A stretch of DNA of 20,000 nucleotides, taken from IMG/VR virus record IMGVR_UViG_3300008954_000036; one strand, given 5' to 3'. A program made the translations under genes and the position numbers. Under the pieces are notes generated by a model. The model worked only from the letters and a program-made list of their open reading frames with translations, was not told where the DNA came from and searched no databases. Below are positions 7,445 through 16,772 of the stretch, one piece after another. The first letter of the stretch is position 1. Each line of letters opens with the position of its first letter. The DNA comes from an uncultured virus (IMG/VR IMGVR_UViG_3300008954_000036) (Duplodnaviria; Heunggongvirae; Uroviricota; Caudoviricetes).

Positions 7445-8487
7445 AGCCCTATTCTACAAAAGTAAAGGGCGAGGAATATGCAGGCGGAAAAGTTTGCAAA
7501 AATACTCGCCCTACGCTTGCTTTAATCGACGGTAATAATTGGTGTATACGTGCTTATTTTACCAGCCAGAAACCCGATGAAGGAGATATAGACTTACGCA
7601 CACAGGCTTTTGTAATGATTAGTAAATTTCTAAGCACCTACGAGGTTGATGCTTTGGTATTCACCTTTGACGGGGGCCGGGAATGGAGAACGAAACTTAT
7701 AGAAACTGGAGATTGGCGTACTAAGTCTGGGAAGAAAGGCTATAAAGGCACTAGAACCTTCCACGATGATAGGGAGTATGCGGTTATAAAGGCAAGCATA
7801 AAACAGTTTGCTCATGATCTCCCTATAAGATTAGGTATACCAGTATTGATGCTAGATACGGTAGAGGCTGATGATGTTATTTTCACGGCTACTAAAATGC
7901 TACGAGGCGTTAATAAGCTGGTTGTATCTACAGATGAGGATTTGGTATTAGCCTGTTTAAACCCTAATACCTACTGGTATTCCCCTTTAAAGGGGATTGT
8001 AGTAAGTAAGCACACATATCCTGATTATAACTACGGTATGCCTTTAAAAGCTTACTCTACCTTAAAGGCTATAGTAGGAGATACTTCGGATAACATAGAG
8101 GGGGTTGCAGGCATTGGAGAACAGACCCTATTTACTTGGGCTAAAAAATCTGGGGTATACCCTTGGAAGTTTTTTGATTGGGTAGATAGGTTTGGGACAA
8201 TTAACCAAAAGAAGAAGTATTTGATCGACCCAGGATTTAGAAAGAATTTTCAATTAGCTTTAAAGGCTATTGATTTGAGATTGTATGAAGGTCAAAATTA
8301 CTCAGAGTTGGGCTTGCTTAGTGATTTATTAGCTATTAAGCCTTTGGATAGGGTAGAGGTTAAAAAGTTTTGTAAGGAAATTAATTTGGACGTAAAAATA
8401 CTATCGCAGATGCACAGACTTATATCTTCGATAGAAAGTAATCAAAGAGGGTTACAAAGGATGGGTAGGATATGGAAAAATCTGTAA
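7441..8487 (+). CDS. 5'-3' exonuclease / flap endonuclease (T4 RNase H / PolI N-terminal-like)
   Basis: LIDGNN, FDGG..WR, YKGTR, EADDVI, STDEDL and the H3TH motif GDTSDNIEGVAGIGEQT. Confidence 0.92.
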   Translation: MKPYSTKVKGEEYAGGKVCKNTRPTLALIDGNNWCIRAYFTSQKPDEGDIDLRTQAFVMISKFLSTYEVDALVFTFDGGREWRTKLIETGDWRTKSGKKGYKGTRTFHDDREYAVIKASIKQFAHDLPIRLGIPVLMLDTVEADDVIFTATKMLRGVNKLVVSTDEDLVLACLNPNTYWYSPLKGIVVSKHTYPDYNYGMPLKAYSTLKAIVGDTSDNIEGVAGIGEQTLFTWAKKSGVYPWKFFDWVDRFGTINQKKKYLIDPGFRKNFQLALKAIDLRLYEGQNYSELGLLSDLLAIKPLDRVEVKKFCKEINLDVKILSQMHRLISSIESNQRGLQRMGRIWKNL

Positions 8488-9821
8488 TTTTTAGGTTATA
8501 TGCTTTATTTAATAGCATTAAGCAAGAATCATCAAGAAATGCTAAGGCGGATATCTTTGAGGCTTTTATGGCTTTAGAGATAGACAAAGGAACATGGGCT
8601 GGAGATTTACAGTGGCTTTATATGATGTTTTGCGGTGAGTCCACTTTTGGAGTGAGTAAACTGCCAGATTATGAAACTATACCCTTTACAGATGGGGTGT
8701 TTAAAGATGAGGAAATGTGGAATTTATTGCGTAAGCTAGAAGAAAGGAGATTGACAGGGGATAATGCTAAGAACGCTATTATAGAGTTACTTACTGGCTC
8801 AGATTGTCGGTCCTACGATGTTTTGCATTGGATTGTGAATAAAGACCCGAAAGCAGGGTTTTCTATCAAGTCTATAAATAAGCAGTTAGCTGAGCCTATT
8901 CCTACTTTTGAAAACCACAAAGCTGAGAAAGTCTTCGATATAGGGGAAGACGGGAAGACGGTTATTTTGTGGGATAAGTTACCGGACTTACCCAACTACC
9001 TAGTAACTGTAAAGTATGATGGCAGGAGAACTTATATTGTTATTCCTAAGGAAGGTGCTGAGTTTGCGTATGCCTTGTCTTCTAAGGGGTTTGAAGTACC
9101 CGCTGTAAAGAATTTATGTGTGAAAATAGCAGAACATTTAGATCGTCCTGGCATAGTGTTAGATGGGGAATTCTTTTATAAGGATTTAAACGAGACACAA
9201 AGCATTATGAGCAAGGATGAGGACCAAGGCACTGAGACAGGGCTTAAGTTCTACTGTATAGGTGCTTTATCTATGAGTGAATGGAAAACAAGTGCCAGGA
9301 CTTCCTTGAAAGTGCAGTTAGGAACTATGAGGAATAGAGCAAAGAAGCTGATAGGAGATTCTACTAAGTACCTAACTATGACTAGTGGCAGAATGGTGGC
9401 CGGTAAAGACAAAACAAAAATTCAGCATTTAATGGACTTGGCTGTGCGTAAGGGGTTCGAGGGGCTAGTAATTCTAAACCCGGAAGAGGTTTACAGCAGA
9501 TTTAAAGAAAACCGTAAGGGTATGTGGAAGGCGAAGTATGTAGATGAGTATGATGCTACGATTGTGGATTTTGAAGAAGGTACCGGTAAGCTGAAAGGTA
9601 GACTAGGGGCTTTTATTGTTGAGTTTAACGGTGTTAGGTCTAATGTGGGGGGATCGTTAAAGATAAACAAAGTATCTACACTAGGCGAAGCCGAGCGATT
9701 ACAGTTTTGGACACAAAAAACTGAGCTAGTAGATAAAGTTATCCGTGTTCGTTCCTACGGAATAACGGCTGATGGCTGTTTTAGGCACGCCGGTTTTGTC
9801 GGTTTTCATGAAGGGAAATAA
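8472..9821 (+). CDS. ATP-dependent DNA ligase
   Basis: Motif I KYDGRR, III LDGE, IV EGLVI, V WKAK, and OB-fold GTGKLKGRLGA. Confidence 0.92.
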   Translation: MEKSVIFRLYALFNSIKQESSRNAKADIFEAFMALEIDKGTWAGDLQWLYMMFCGESTFGVSKLPDYETIPFTDGVFKDEEMWNLLRKLEERRLTGDNAKNAIIELLTGSDCRSYDVLHWIVNKDPKAGFSIKSINKQLAEPIPTFENHKAEKVFDIGEDGKTVILWDKLPDLPNYLVTVKYDGRRTYIVIPKEGAEFAYALSSKGFEVPAVKNLCVKIAEHLDRPGIVLDGEFFYKDLNETQSIMSKDEDQGTETGLKFYCIGALSMSEWKTSARTSLKVQLGTMRNRAKKLIGDSTKYLTMTSGRMVAGKDKTKIQHLMDLAVRKGFEGLVILNPEEVYSRFKENRKGMWKAKYVDEYDATIVDFEEGTGKLKGRLGAFIVEFNGVRSNVGGSLKINKVSTLGEAERLQFWTQKTELVDKVIRVRSYGITADGCFRHAGFVGFHEGK

Positions 9822-9823
9822 CA

Positions 9824-10399
9824 ATGAGTAGAAAAGTAAATTTCTCAGATGTAGGTTCTGAGTTCACGCATAAAGCGGCAATGTTTGATAATTCCTTGCC
9901 TTTAACAGAGTGGGTAAACGCACTACTAAAGTACGGCGTAGTCCCTGGGCCAACGACGGACTTAATATGTACTTTACCTTATTTGTCTGGGCTAACTTCC
10001 TTGGCAGCCACAAACAAGGATACAGTAGGGGAAAGTAAGATTTTGTTATCTATGTCTCACTTGCTGTTCCCAGGGTATAAGCCTATAGCTTGTATGTACA
10101 AAGGGAATATCTCTGATAACGTAGGGGTATGGAAAGTAAAACACCACGAACCTATAGGGCCAGCCTTTAATGAGTTGGCAGAGTTTAGGAGAGAAAGCGC
10201 TAATAAAAATCTTGATATTATTCTGCTAGACAGTATTAAATTTTGTACGTTTTCCCTGTTCAAAGTATTTGATGATACTGAGGATACAAAAGGGCTAATG
10301 AATATAATTCATAAGGGTTTTGAGTTTAATACGGCCAGGTTTAGTTACTATATAGAGGAAGAGGCTTTTAGCCCATCTATGTTAGGTGAGGGGTGTTAG
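9824..10399 (+). CDS. Hypothetical protein (191 aa)
   Basis: ORF packed tightly between the ligase and the nuclease. No motif recognised. Confidence 0.7.
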   Translation: MSRKVNFSDVGSEFTHKAAMFDNSLPLTEWVNALLKYGVVPGPTTDLICTLPYLSGLTSLAATNKDTVGESKILLSMSHLLFPGYKPIACMYKGNISDNVGVWKVKHHEPIGPAFNELAEFRRESANKNLDIILLDSIKFCTFSLFKVFDDTEDTKGLMNIIHKGFEFNTARFSYYIEEEAFSPSMLGEGC

Positions 10400-10401
10400 T
10401 T

Positions 10402-11391
10402 ATGTCTTGCTTAGTAGTAGGAGATTTACACTTAGATACTTACCCTAGTTTTGGAGTTAACTGTGACGGGTTCCCTAAGCGTTTGGATGATATGTCAAAA
10501 GCGCTGAACTTTTACCTTGAGCAAGCCCGTGAAGACGGGCATAGCTATATAGTCTTCACAGGGGATATTTTTGATAGTAGATTTAGCATTCATGCCCTGG
10601 CTTTAGTAGTTTGGGGTAATTTTTTAGATTGTGCCGCTATTGATGGTATTAAGATCATAGTGTGTGAAGGTAATCATGATCAGTTTGATGATTTCATAAG
10701 CTCACTACAGGCTTTTAAGTCTAATATTGTTTTGGTTTCTAGCGTTGAGTGCCTAGAGTTGGCAGACGGTACGATATTGGGCGTGATCCCTTATTCTAAA
10801 AGCACAGAAACTCTTATAGAAAATATACAAACTGTTAAAGACTGCGACTTAGTAGTAGGGCATTTTGGCATGGGGGATGTAGAGCTACAGAAAGGGTTTT
10901 GCGAAAAGGATAAGCCTATAGCAGAAGATTTATCGGAAGTTAAGGGTCATGTAATTTTAGGACATTACCACAATTACCACGAAGTAACAGACAGGATCAG
11001 GTTTATTGGTACTCCTTTGGGTATAACATTTGCGGAAGCTAATCAGAAAAAGTACATAGCTGCCTTTGATTTGGCTTCTGGGGTAGAGCTTATAAGCACA
11101 GACCACTTTCCGCAGCTTAGAGAGCTAGGCCCGGAACAAGCTAAGACTATAGGTAAGATGAATGATAATCATTATTACAAAGTTTGGCATACTTCCGACA
11201 CTAAACCTCCAAAGAATAAAAAAATAGTACGTACTGTAATGGTGAAAGCAAACGTCGCAAAGAGAATTCAAAACATAGGAAAGAAAACAAAAACGCAGCT
11301 AGTAGGAGAATTCATTAGTAATAAAGAGGATTTACCTTTTAAGAATACCTTATTCAATATGTGTAAAGCTATAGTCACAGAAGCTGCTTAA
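10402..11391 (+). CDS. SbcD/Mre11-like (T4 gp47-like) metallophosphoesterase nuclease
   Basis: GDLH, GDIFD, GNHD and GHYH motifs. Adjacent to an SbcC-like gene. ATG 10402 is preferred over GTG 10393 because GAGGGG lies 8 nt upstream. Confidence 0.9.
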   Translation: MSCLVVGDLHLDTYPSFGVNCDGFPKRLDDMSKALNFYLEQAREDGHSYIVFTGDIFDSRFSIHALALVVWGNFLDCAAIDGIKIIVCEGNHDQFDDFISSLQAFKSNIVLVSSVECLELADGTILGVIPYSKSTETLIENIQTVKDCDLVVGHFGMGDVELQKGFCEKDKPIAEDLSEVKGHVILGHYHNYHEVTDRIRFIGTPLGITFAEANQKKYIAAFDLASGVELISTDHFPQLRELGPEQAKTIGKMNDNHYYKVWHTSDTKPPKNKKIVRTVMVKANVAKRIQNIGKKTKTQLVGEFISNKEDLPFKNTLFNMCKAIVTEAA

Positions 11392-11412
11392 AACGGCTTT
11401 TTAGGAGAAAAA

Positions 11413-13230
11413 ATGATATTAAATATAAGTCATATCTATGCCAAAAATTTTCTTAGTTATGATGAGCTTTCCTATGATTTTCAGGAAGGGACTACGATCA
11501 TACTAGGGGAAAATCGGGATGAAATGAAGTCTAACGGAGCGGGTAAAACAGCAATATTTGAAGCTGTATACTATGGATTATATGGTGCGCTGATGTTTAC
11601 CAAGGATCGTCCTACCAAGACCGGAAAAAAGCAGATGGAGCTTAGGTTAAAGCTGTCTGCTGATGACCAAGAAGTAGAGGTAAGGAGATTTATTAACGGG
11701 GCGGCAAGCCCTAGTCTTCAAGTTTATATAGACTGTAAAGACGCTAGCCGGGGAACTACTACGTTATCTCAGGAGCTTCTACAGGATATTATTAAAGTAT
11801 CCCCTACTGTGTTTCTTAATACGGTTATTTTTGGGGGTAAAGCTTCTTCTTTCGCTTATGGGACTGATGCTACACAAAAGCCTATATTAAACAAGATTCT
11901 TGGGCTGGATGACTGGGAAATTTACCAAGATAAAGCTAAAAAAATAAGAACAAACCACCTGTATAAAAGACAGGAGCTTATAGGGCAAAGAGGCAGCGCA
12001 GAGCAGAGAATTAAACTTTTAGAGGGGGATATAGAAAACTATAAAGAGGACTATGTAAAAGCTGTCGGGGATGTGCCGGTTGATAAATTTGATGAGCGGT
12101 TCACGTCCTTAAAAGAAGAGTACGACCGTGAACGTAAAAGACTGGTAAAAATGGAAGCAAAAGTATCCGAGGAGTCTGTTAGAAACGAGGTAGCAGAAAC
12201 TAACAAAACTACACTAAGCCACTTCAAAGGAGTCCTTAAAGAAGAGCTGTCTCGATGTGAGTTGCTGTCTAAAGAAATCCACGAACTGAATAAAGGCAAG
12301 GCCAAGGCTCAGAGCGGGGTATGCCCTACGTGTGGGCAGACAGTAAAGGATTCCGGCAAGATGGATTCTTACTTGAAAAAATTAGCAGCCAAGGTAGACA
12401 TATTCCAGAAAACAGAGAAAAGGAAAGATGAAAGCAGCAGAAAAGTAGCCGACCTGGAAAGTAGTTTAGATGGTTATGACTTTGGGAAGTTTATTAGTAT
12501 GCAGGCAGCATTAGATAAGCAAAGAAAAAGAGTATCCATATTATCTAATACAGTAAATGATAGGATCGCAGCCAAGGCAGAACATGATATTAAAGTTGCG
12601 GAAGCTAATCAAAGAGTGAAAGAAATAAATAGAGCCATAGATAAGGCACGTAAAGATAAAAAAGCAGAAGAGTTATCTATACAAGAGATTGGCCGTAAAA
12701 TGTCTTATCAAGACAAGATGCTTACTTGCTGTGATAACGCAATAGAAATGTTTAGTAGGCAGGGCATACAGTCTCAGCTAATCGGAGATTTTGAGGAAGT
12801 TTTAAATCTTGGGATTGGAAAGTATTTTTCTGCTTTTAATTTCAAAAGTGTAAAACTGTCATTAAGCACACAGAAGAAAAATAGAAATGGGGAATTCAGA
12901 GATAAGATTGATTTGAAATTAGTGAATAAAGACGGTAAGAAGAGGTCTTTTAGCTCTTTCTCCCCTGGTGAGTGTAAAAGGATAGAGCTGGCTATATTCC
13001 TTGCTTTAAGAGAGGCGGGTGAGGCGGAGGTAGAAATAAACCTAATGCTTATAGATGAGGCCTTGGATAAAGGGGATGAGGACTTACTTTTTAGTCTTAT
13101 GGAGATTATTGATGATCATTTCCCCTATAAATGGAAGTATTTAACATCCCCTAGACTGGTTCAGGGTATGGTATTTAGTAGATCAATAACAGCCGTAAAA
13201 AGTAAAGGGATTTCTAGGTTAGTAGAATGA
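11413..13230 (+). CDS. SbcC/Rad50-like (T4 gp46-like) SMC ATPase
   Basis: KNFLSY, Walker A NGAGKT, coiled coils around a CPTC zinc hook, signature FSPGE and Walker B LIDE. Confidence 0.92.
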   Translation: MILNISHIYAKNFLSYDELSYDFQEGTTIILGENRDEMKSNGAGKTAIFEAVYYGLYGALMFTKDRPTKTGKKQMELRLKLSADDQEVEVRRFINGAASPSLQVYIDCKDASRGTTTLSQELLQDIIKVSPTVFLNTVIFGGKASSFAYGTDATQKPILNKILGLDDWEIYQDKAKKIRTNHLYKRQELIGQRGSAEQRIKLLEGDIENYKEDYVKAVGDVPVDKFDERFTSLKEEYDRERKRLVKMEAKVSEESVRNEVAETNKTTLSHFKGVLKEELSRCELLSKEIHELNKGKAKAQSGVCPTCGQTVKDSGKMDSYLKKLAAKVDIFQKTEKRKDESSRKVADLESSLDGYDFGKFISMQAALDKQRKRVSILSNTVNDRIAAKAEHDIKVAEANQRVKEINRAIDKARKDKKAEELSIQEIGRKMSYQDKMLTCCDNAIEMFSRQGIQSQLIGDFEEVLNLGIGKYFSAFNFKSVKLSLSTQKKNRNGEFRDKIDLKLVNKDGKKRSFSSFSPGECKRIELAIFLALREAGEAEVEINLMLIDEALDKGDEDLLFSLMEIIDDHFPYKWKYLTSPRLVQGMVFSRSITAVKSKGISRLVE

Positions 13231-13472
13231 AAATACATAAATCATGCAAGCGCTCTTTATTTAAAATTTTCTCTGCTTTTGATTTTGTGGGCGAAGGTTT
13301 AACAAGAAGGGAAATAGTGCAAAGAGCGGGGGTGGCTACTACTACCTTTTCAAAAAATGTATTTAAGCTTTCTATGCTCGGTATTATAGAAAGCTCCGGC
13401 GCAAGGCCTGTGGTTTACAGAACGATAGCAAATGAGGATTATTTTAGAAAGGTGGTTAAATTTTATGAGTAA
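13227..13472 (+). CDS. Small winged helix-turn-helix protein (putative)
   Basis: GLTRREIVQRAGVATTTFSKNVFKLSMLGII...VVY pattern. ATGA overlap with sbcC. Confidence 0.6.
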   Translation: MKIHKSCKRSLFKIFSAFDFVGEGLTRREIVQRAGVATTTFSKNVFKLSMLGIIESSGARPVVYRTIANEDYFRKVVKFYE

Positions 13473-13635
13473 GGTAAAGATATGCAGAAGGCAAAACCAA
13501 AGAAGAGAAGTAGATAGAGCTTCTACTATGATAGAGCCTGGAAAATTATTCAATGCCGGGGAAGTTACTTTCATTGCTTTATTATGTTTCGGTATTGGCA
13601 TATTCTTAGGATATTGCAGGAGTTTTTATTTCTAA
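13465..13635 (+). CDS. Small membrane protein with one C-terminal hydrophobic segment
   Basis: ATG 13465 follows AAAGGTGG. Hydrophobic stretch FIALLCFGIGIFLGY. The stop overlaps the next ATG. Confidence 0.5.
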   Translation: MSKVKICRRQNQRREVDRASTMIEPGKLFNAGEVTFIALLCFGIGIFLGYCRSFYF

Positions 13636-14078
13636 TGACTAAAAATACTTATTTAATTTTCGTGAAATCCAAGTCTATAAAAGGCTGGCTTATTAGGTTA
13701 GTAACAGGAGAGGATATAGACCATGTAGCTATATATAGCCCTAGAACTAAGACAGTTTACGAAATGGTAGATGGGGGTTTAGAGGGGGTTTTGATGGTTG
13801 GTTATAGGCCAACTATTATCGGGCAGGTTGAGCTATTGTGCTGGGACGTAGTTAGTGATTGGTTAGTGACAAATAGCAAAGTCAAGTATGACTGGGGGCG
13901 CACTATTCTCTGGCCCTTCCGTAAGCTATTTACAGCAGATGACCCTTTTAAGCTTAATTGTGTAGAAATGGGGGAAAGCTTGCCCAAGGCGCACAGGTAT
14001 GAGCCAGAGACAGAGCAAAACAGAAGCCCAGGGAAACTATATAAAAGTTTAACTAATGGGCATTGGAAGATTACATGA
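13635..14078 (+). CDS. Permuted papain-like (NlpC/P60 superfamily, YiiX/YebB-like) amidase/peptidase
   Basis: IRLVT....DHVAI (His), KYDW and NCVE (Cys) occur in permuted His-before-Cys order. A TAATG overlap supports the start at 13635. Confidence 0.65.
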   Translation: MTKNTYLIFVKSKSIKGWLIRLVTGEDIDHVAIYSPRTKTVYEMVDGGLEGVLMVGYRPTIIGQVELLCWDVVSDWLVTNSKVKYDWGRTILWPFRKLFTADDPFKLNCVEMGESLPKAHRYEPETEQNRSPGKLYKSLTNGHWKIT

Positions 14079-14284
14079 GAAAAGATAAAAAACCTGCTAA
14101 AGACAAGGTTATAAAGCATTTAAGCTTAGTTAATCCTTTGAATACGAGCCAGCTTATGAGGCTTACTGGGTTAAGTAAGCCATCGGTAAATCAAGCCATA
14201 AGAGAGCTAGAAAAAGAAAGCAGGATAAGAATATCAGAAGCGCTTAGGAATAGAGTTTACACTTTAAAGGAGGAGAATGCATGA
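14075..14284 (+). CDS. Small winged helix-turn-helix protein (putative)
   Basis: LNTSQLMRLTGLSKPSVNQAIRELEKESRI pattern. ATGA overlaps at both ends. Confidence 0.65.
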   Translation: MRKDKKPAKDKVIKHLSLVNPLNTSQLMRLTGLSKPSVNQAIRELEKESRIRISEALRNRVYTLKEENA

Positions 14285-15171
14285 GATTAAGAAGTCCTAT
14301 ACTCTGGTTTGGAGGCAAGGGTAATTTCAGAAAAAAAACTTACCCCTACTTGCCCAAAACAAAGTCGTATGTAGAACCGTTCGGAGGGGGTGCTTCTGTT
14401 TTGATGGGCAGAGAGCCGTCAGAAATCGAAACTTATAATGACCTGGACGGGGCCGTGTATGACCTTTTTACGGTCTTGGCAGACCCAGAACTTTTTGAAC
14501 AATTTTATCGCAGGGTTAGTGCGCTCCCGTATTCCAGGCGACTCTTTCTCGAATGTAGAGAGGGCTGGCAGGCCGAGCCAGACAGAATCAAGCGCGTTTC
14601 GATGTGGTATGTGGTGGCTCGACAGGCGTTTAGTGGGGACCTTGGGTCTGGTTGGGGCTTTGTCTGTACTTCCTCAAGGCGTGGCATGGCCGCCCACGTC
14701 AGCAAATGGCTTACGGCGATTGACAACCTTCCTGAAATCCACAAAAGGCTCTCAAGGGTGCAGATAGAAAACTCAGATTTCAGAAACATTTTTCAGAATT
14801 ATGATACTCAGGACACGCTTTTTTATTGTGATCCCCCTTACGTACTGGGAACTAGAAAAAAGGGGGGATACTCATGCGAAATGAGCGACCAAGACCACGC
14901 TGATTTAGTTGACTGTCTGCTCGGCTTGTCTGGGATGGCTGTACTGAGCGGATACAACAGCGGAGTGTACGACGCACTAGAGCAAAACGGATGGATAAGA
15001 AAAGATTTTGAAACCGCTTGCTACGCCGCAGGTCGAACAAAAGCATCGGGCCTTCAAGGTAGGGGCGCGGCACTGGAAAAACAAGCAAGGGTCGAAAGTC
15101 TTTGGATATGCCCGAAAACTCAAAAACGGCTACAGATGCCCATGCAGATGCCGCTGTTCAAGGTTGGGTAG
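14281..15171 (+). CDS. Dam-family (D12 class) DNA adenine methyltransferase
   Basis: WFGGK, SAM-binding YVEPFGGG, YNDLD and catalytic YCDPPY. RBS AAGGAGGAG. Confidence 0.92.
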   Translation: MRLRSPILWFGGKGNFRKKTYPYLPKTKSYVEPFGGGASVLMGREPSEIETYNDLDGAVYDLFTVLADPELFEQFYRRVSALPYSRRLFLECREGWQAEPDRIKRVSMWYVVARQAFSGDLGSGWGFVCTSSRRGMAAHVSKWLTAIDNLPEIHKRLSRVQIENSDFRNIFQNYDTQDTLFYCDPPYVLGTRKKGGYSCEMSDQDHADLVDCLLGLSGMAVLSGYNSGVYDALEQNGWIRKDFETACYAAGRTKASGLQGRGAALEKQARVESLWICPKTQKRLQMPMQMPLFKVG

Positions 15172-15222
15172 CCGGTATGTTTTTTAACTTAGGGGGATCG
15201 CGTAATTGGAAAGGAATTAAAA

Positions 15223-15396
15223 ATGGAACTAAAAGCTATAGAACTAACTAAAAAACGCAAGCTTGAAATCCTCCGATCATCGAGAGACAGACTAGACGCG
15301 GCCATGTCTCGTCACCTGGAGGCCGCAAGGTCTTGTGAGCGGGAGTCGAATAGGCTTGAGCGTGAGATTTTGGAGATTGAGAGGGGGCTGGTATGA
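15223..15396 (+). CDS. Small coiled-coil hypothetical protein (57 aa; not in ORF track)
   Basis: RBS AAAGGA. Translates as MELKAIELTKKRKLEILRSSRDRLDAAMSRHLEAARSCERESNRLEREILEIERGLV. ATGA overlap with the next gene. Confidence 0.65.
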   Translation: MELKAIELTKKRKLEILRSSRDRLDAAMSRHLEAARSCERESNRLEREILEIERGLV

Positions 15397-15959
15397 CACC
15401 AGAAAACTTCAAGCAAGCCATCAGGGGCTTAAAAGACAACCGCCCCACATTTGAGATTGTAGCGGCTCAGTGGTGCGTTGAGTCAGACTATGGGCAATCG
15501 GCCTTGTCCATGTTTAGTCATAACTTTGCTGGCTTGAAATGGCGTGATGACATAGTAGAGCACATGCCAAGCGGCTCTAAGCATCTGATAAGCAAGGGCG
15601 ACCCGCACGAAGATTGGGACAACAAGCTAGATGAGTATGTCTACTGTGCAGACCCCTACTATTTTTATCTGATTTATTTTGCGTTTTTGGAGAGAAGCCC
15701 ATACGCTAAATCAACTTGGATTGATTACAAAGGCGACTCGTTACACCTGCAGGTAACTATAAAGTCTTTTCATGACCAACCCTTATCCTTCATGGCGCAT
15801 ATAGTCGAGTGCGGGTTCTGTGCCTCAGTAAGCGGCTTTCACCGCAAAAACTATAAAACAGACATGGGATACAAAAGAGCGGTTCAAGCAGAGTATATGC
15901 GCAGAGTTTTGAAGGCTTGGTCTAGTAAGAAGTTTAGAGGCTTGATTGAAGCAATTTAA
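15393..15959 (+). CDS. GH73/FlgJ-like glucosaminidase-fold protein (putative peptidoglycan hydrolase)
   Basis: AAQWCVESDYGQSALSMFSHNFAGLK matches the GH73 AQa.lESgwG.S.La...nNlfGiK motif, including the catalytic Glu. Confidence 0.65.
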   Translation: MTPENFKQAIRGLKDNRPTFEIVAAQWCVESDYGQSALSMFSHNFAGLKWRDDIVEHMPSGSKHLISKGDPHEDWDNKLDEYVYCADPYYFYLIYFAFLERSPYAKSTWIDYKGDSLHLQVTIKSFHDQPLSFMAHIVECGFCASVSGFHRKNYKTDMGYKRAVQAEYMRRVLKAWSSKKFRGLIEAI

Positions 15960-15970
15960 CAGGAGGAAAA

Positions 15971-16390
15971 ATGAAAAAACCAACAGATATTCCAGAAGCC
16001 GTAGACTTGCGATCCTTGCTTCCTAGCGTATCCCTGATGGATGCCTGGGGTGGGGAAACCGTCATGGGGTACTCGTTCGAACCCGGAAAGGATGAACCCG
16101 TCAAGGAAAACCAAGGCCAGTCCTGCATCGGGGGCATGGTCGATAGCCTAGTAAATCGAATACTGGTAGACCTTGTGCGCTCCAGACCCGTACTGCCAAA
16201 GCCAGAGCCCGTAGACTACTACGAACTAAAAAACACCCTACTGCTACAGGTGGATGGCTTTTTAGTCGCAATGAACAAAGACGACTATGAGGCATGGTAT
16301 GGCAAACTAGGGGAAAAAGACTGGGCGGAGATAAGGCGCAAGGCAGACTGGATGGAGGCAAAATATGAACAAGAAACAAAAGCCAAGTGA
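15971..16390 (+). CDS. Hypothetical protein (139 aa)
   Basis: Strong RBS AGGAGG. No motif recognised. Confidence 0.7.
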   Translation: MKKPTDIPEAVDLRSLLPSVSLMDAWGGETVMGYSFEPGKDEPVKENQGQSCIGGMVDSLVNRILVDLVRSRPVLPKPEPVDYYELKNTLLLQVDGFLVAMNKDDYEAWYGKLGEKDWAEIRRKADWMEAKYEQETKAK

Positions 16391-16739
16391 AAAAACCAGT
16401 GATGATGTGGTGTTGTCCTGGAAACTCTCTGGCCCCAGTGGGGAGTTAGCAACCCCCCCAGCGGCGCTGTTTTCCAAGGCCACACCCCATATAATGTCTG
16501 TCCTGGAGGTTGCGGTGTCAGGCGGATGTAGCCTCCACCCCAAACCAATCCCGCTGTATGAAAACAGGGGGTCAATCGTTTTTATGTGGGGTGATTTTGT
16601 TTCGGCCACTACCAGGCAAAAATATCAAGCCACCTACGGCCCCATCGAAAAGAATGATTTTTACCACCAGAGAATGACGAGGGAGGGTATACGTGCGGGA
16701 TATTACTGGGGAAGATTACGAAGTACAGGAAACGTATGA
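16365..16739 (+). CDS. Hypothetical protein (124 aa)
   Basis: RBS GGAGG, overlaps the previous gene, same strand as the operon. Confidence 0.6.
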   Translation: MNKKQKPSEKTSDDVVLSWKLSGPSGELATPPAALFSKATPHIMSVLEVAVSGGCSLHPKPIPLYENRGSIVFMWGDFVSATTRQKYQATYGPIEKNDFYHQRMTREGIRAGYYWGRLRSTGNV

Positions 16740-16772
16740 GGAGCTTATGAGTAAGCTTTTTAAAGGTGGGCT

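Noticed and set aside
11381..11402. Terminator between sbcD and sbcC (AAGCTG...CGGCTT followed by Ts)
   Set aside because: The stem is short with a G-U pair and lies between two functionally coupled genes.
12955..12975. Non-canonical ABC signature FSPGE
   Set aside because: Phage gp46-type proteins commonly deviate from LSGG (FSxGE), so this is not notable.
14438..16609. Multiple overlapping or antisense ORFs in the GC-richer block (and similar short antisense ORFs elsewhere)
   Set aside because: They overlap well-supported plus-strand genes, lack motifs, and are expected at higher GC.
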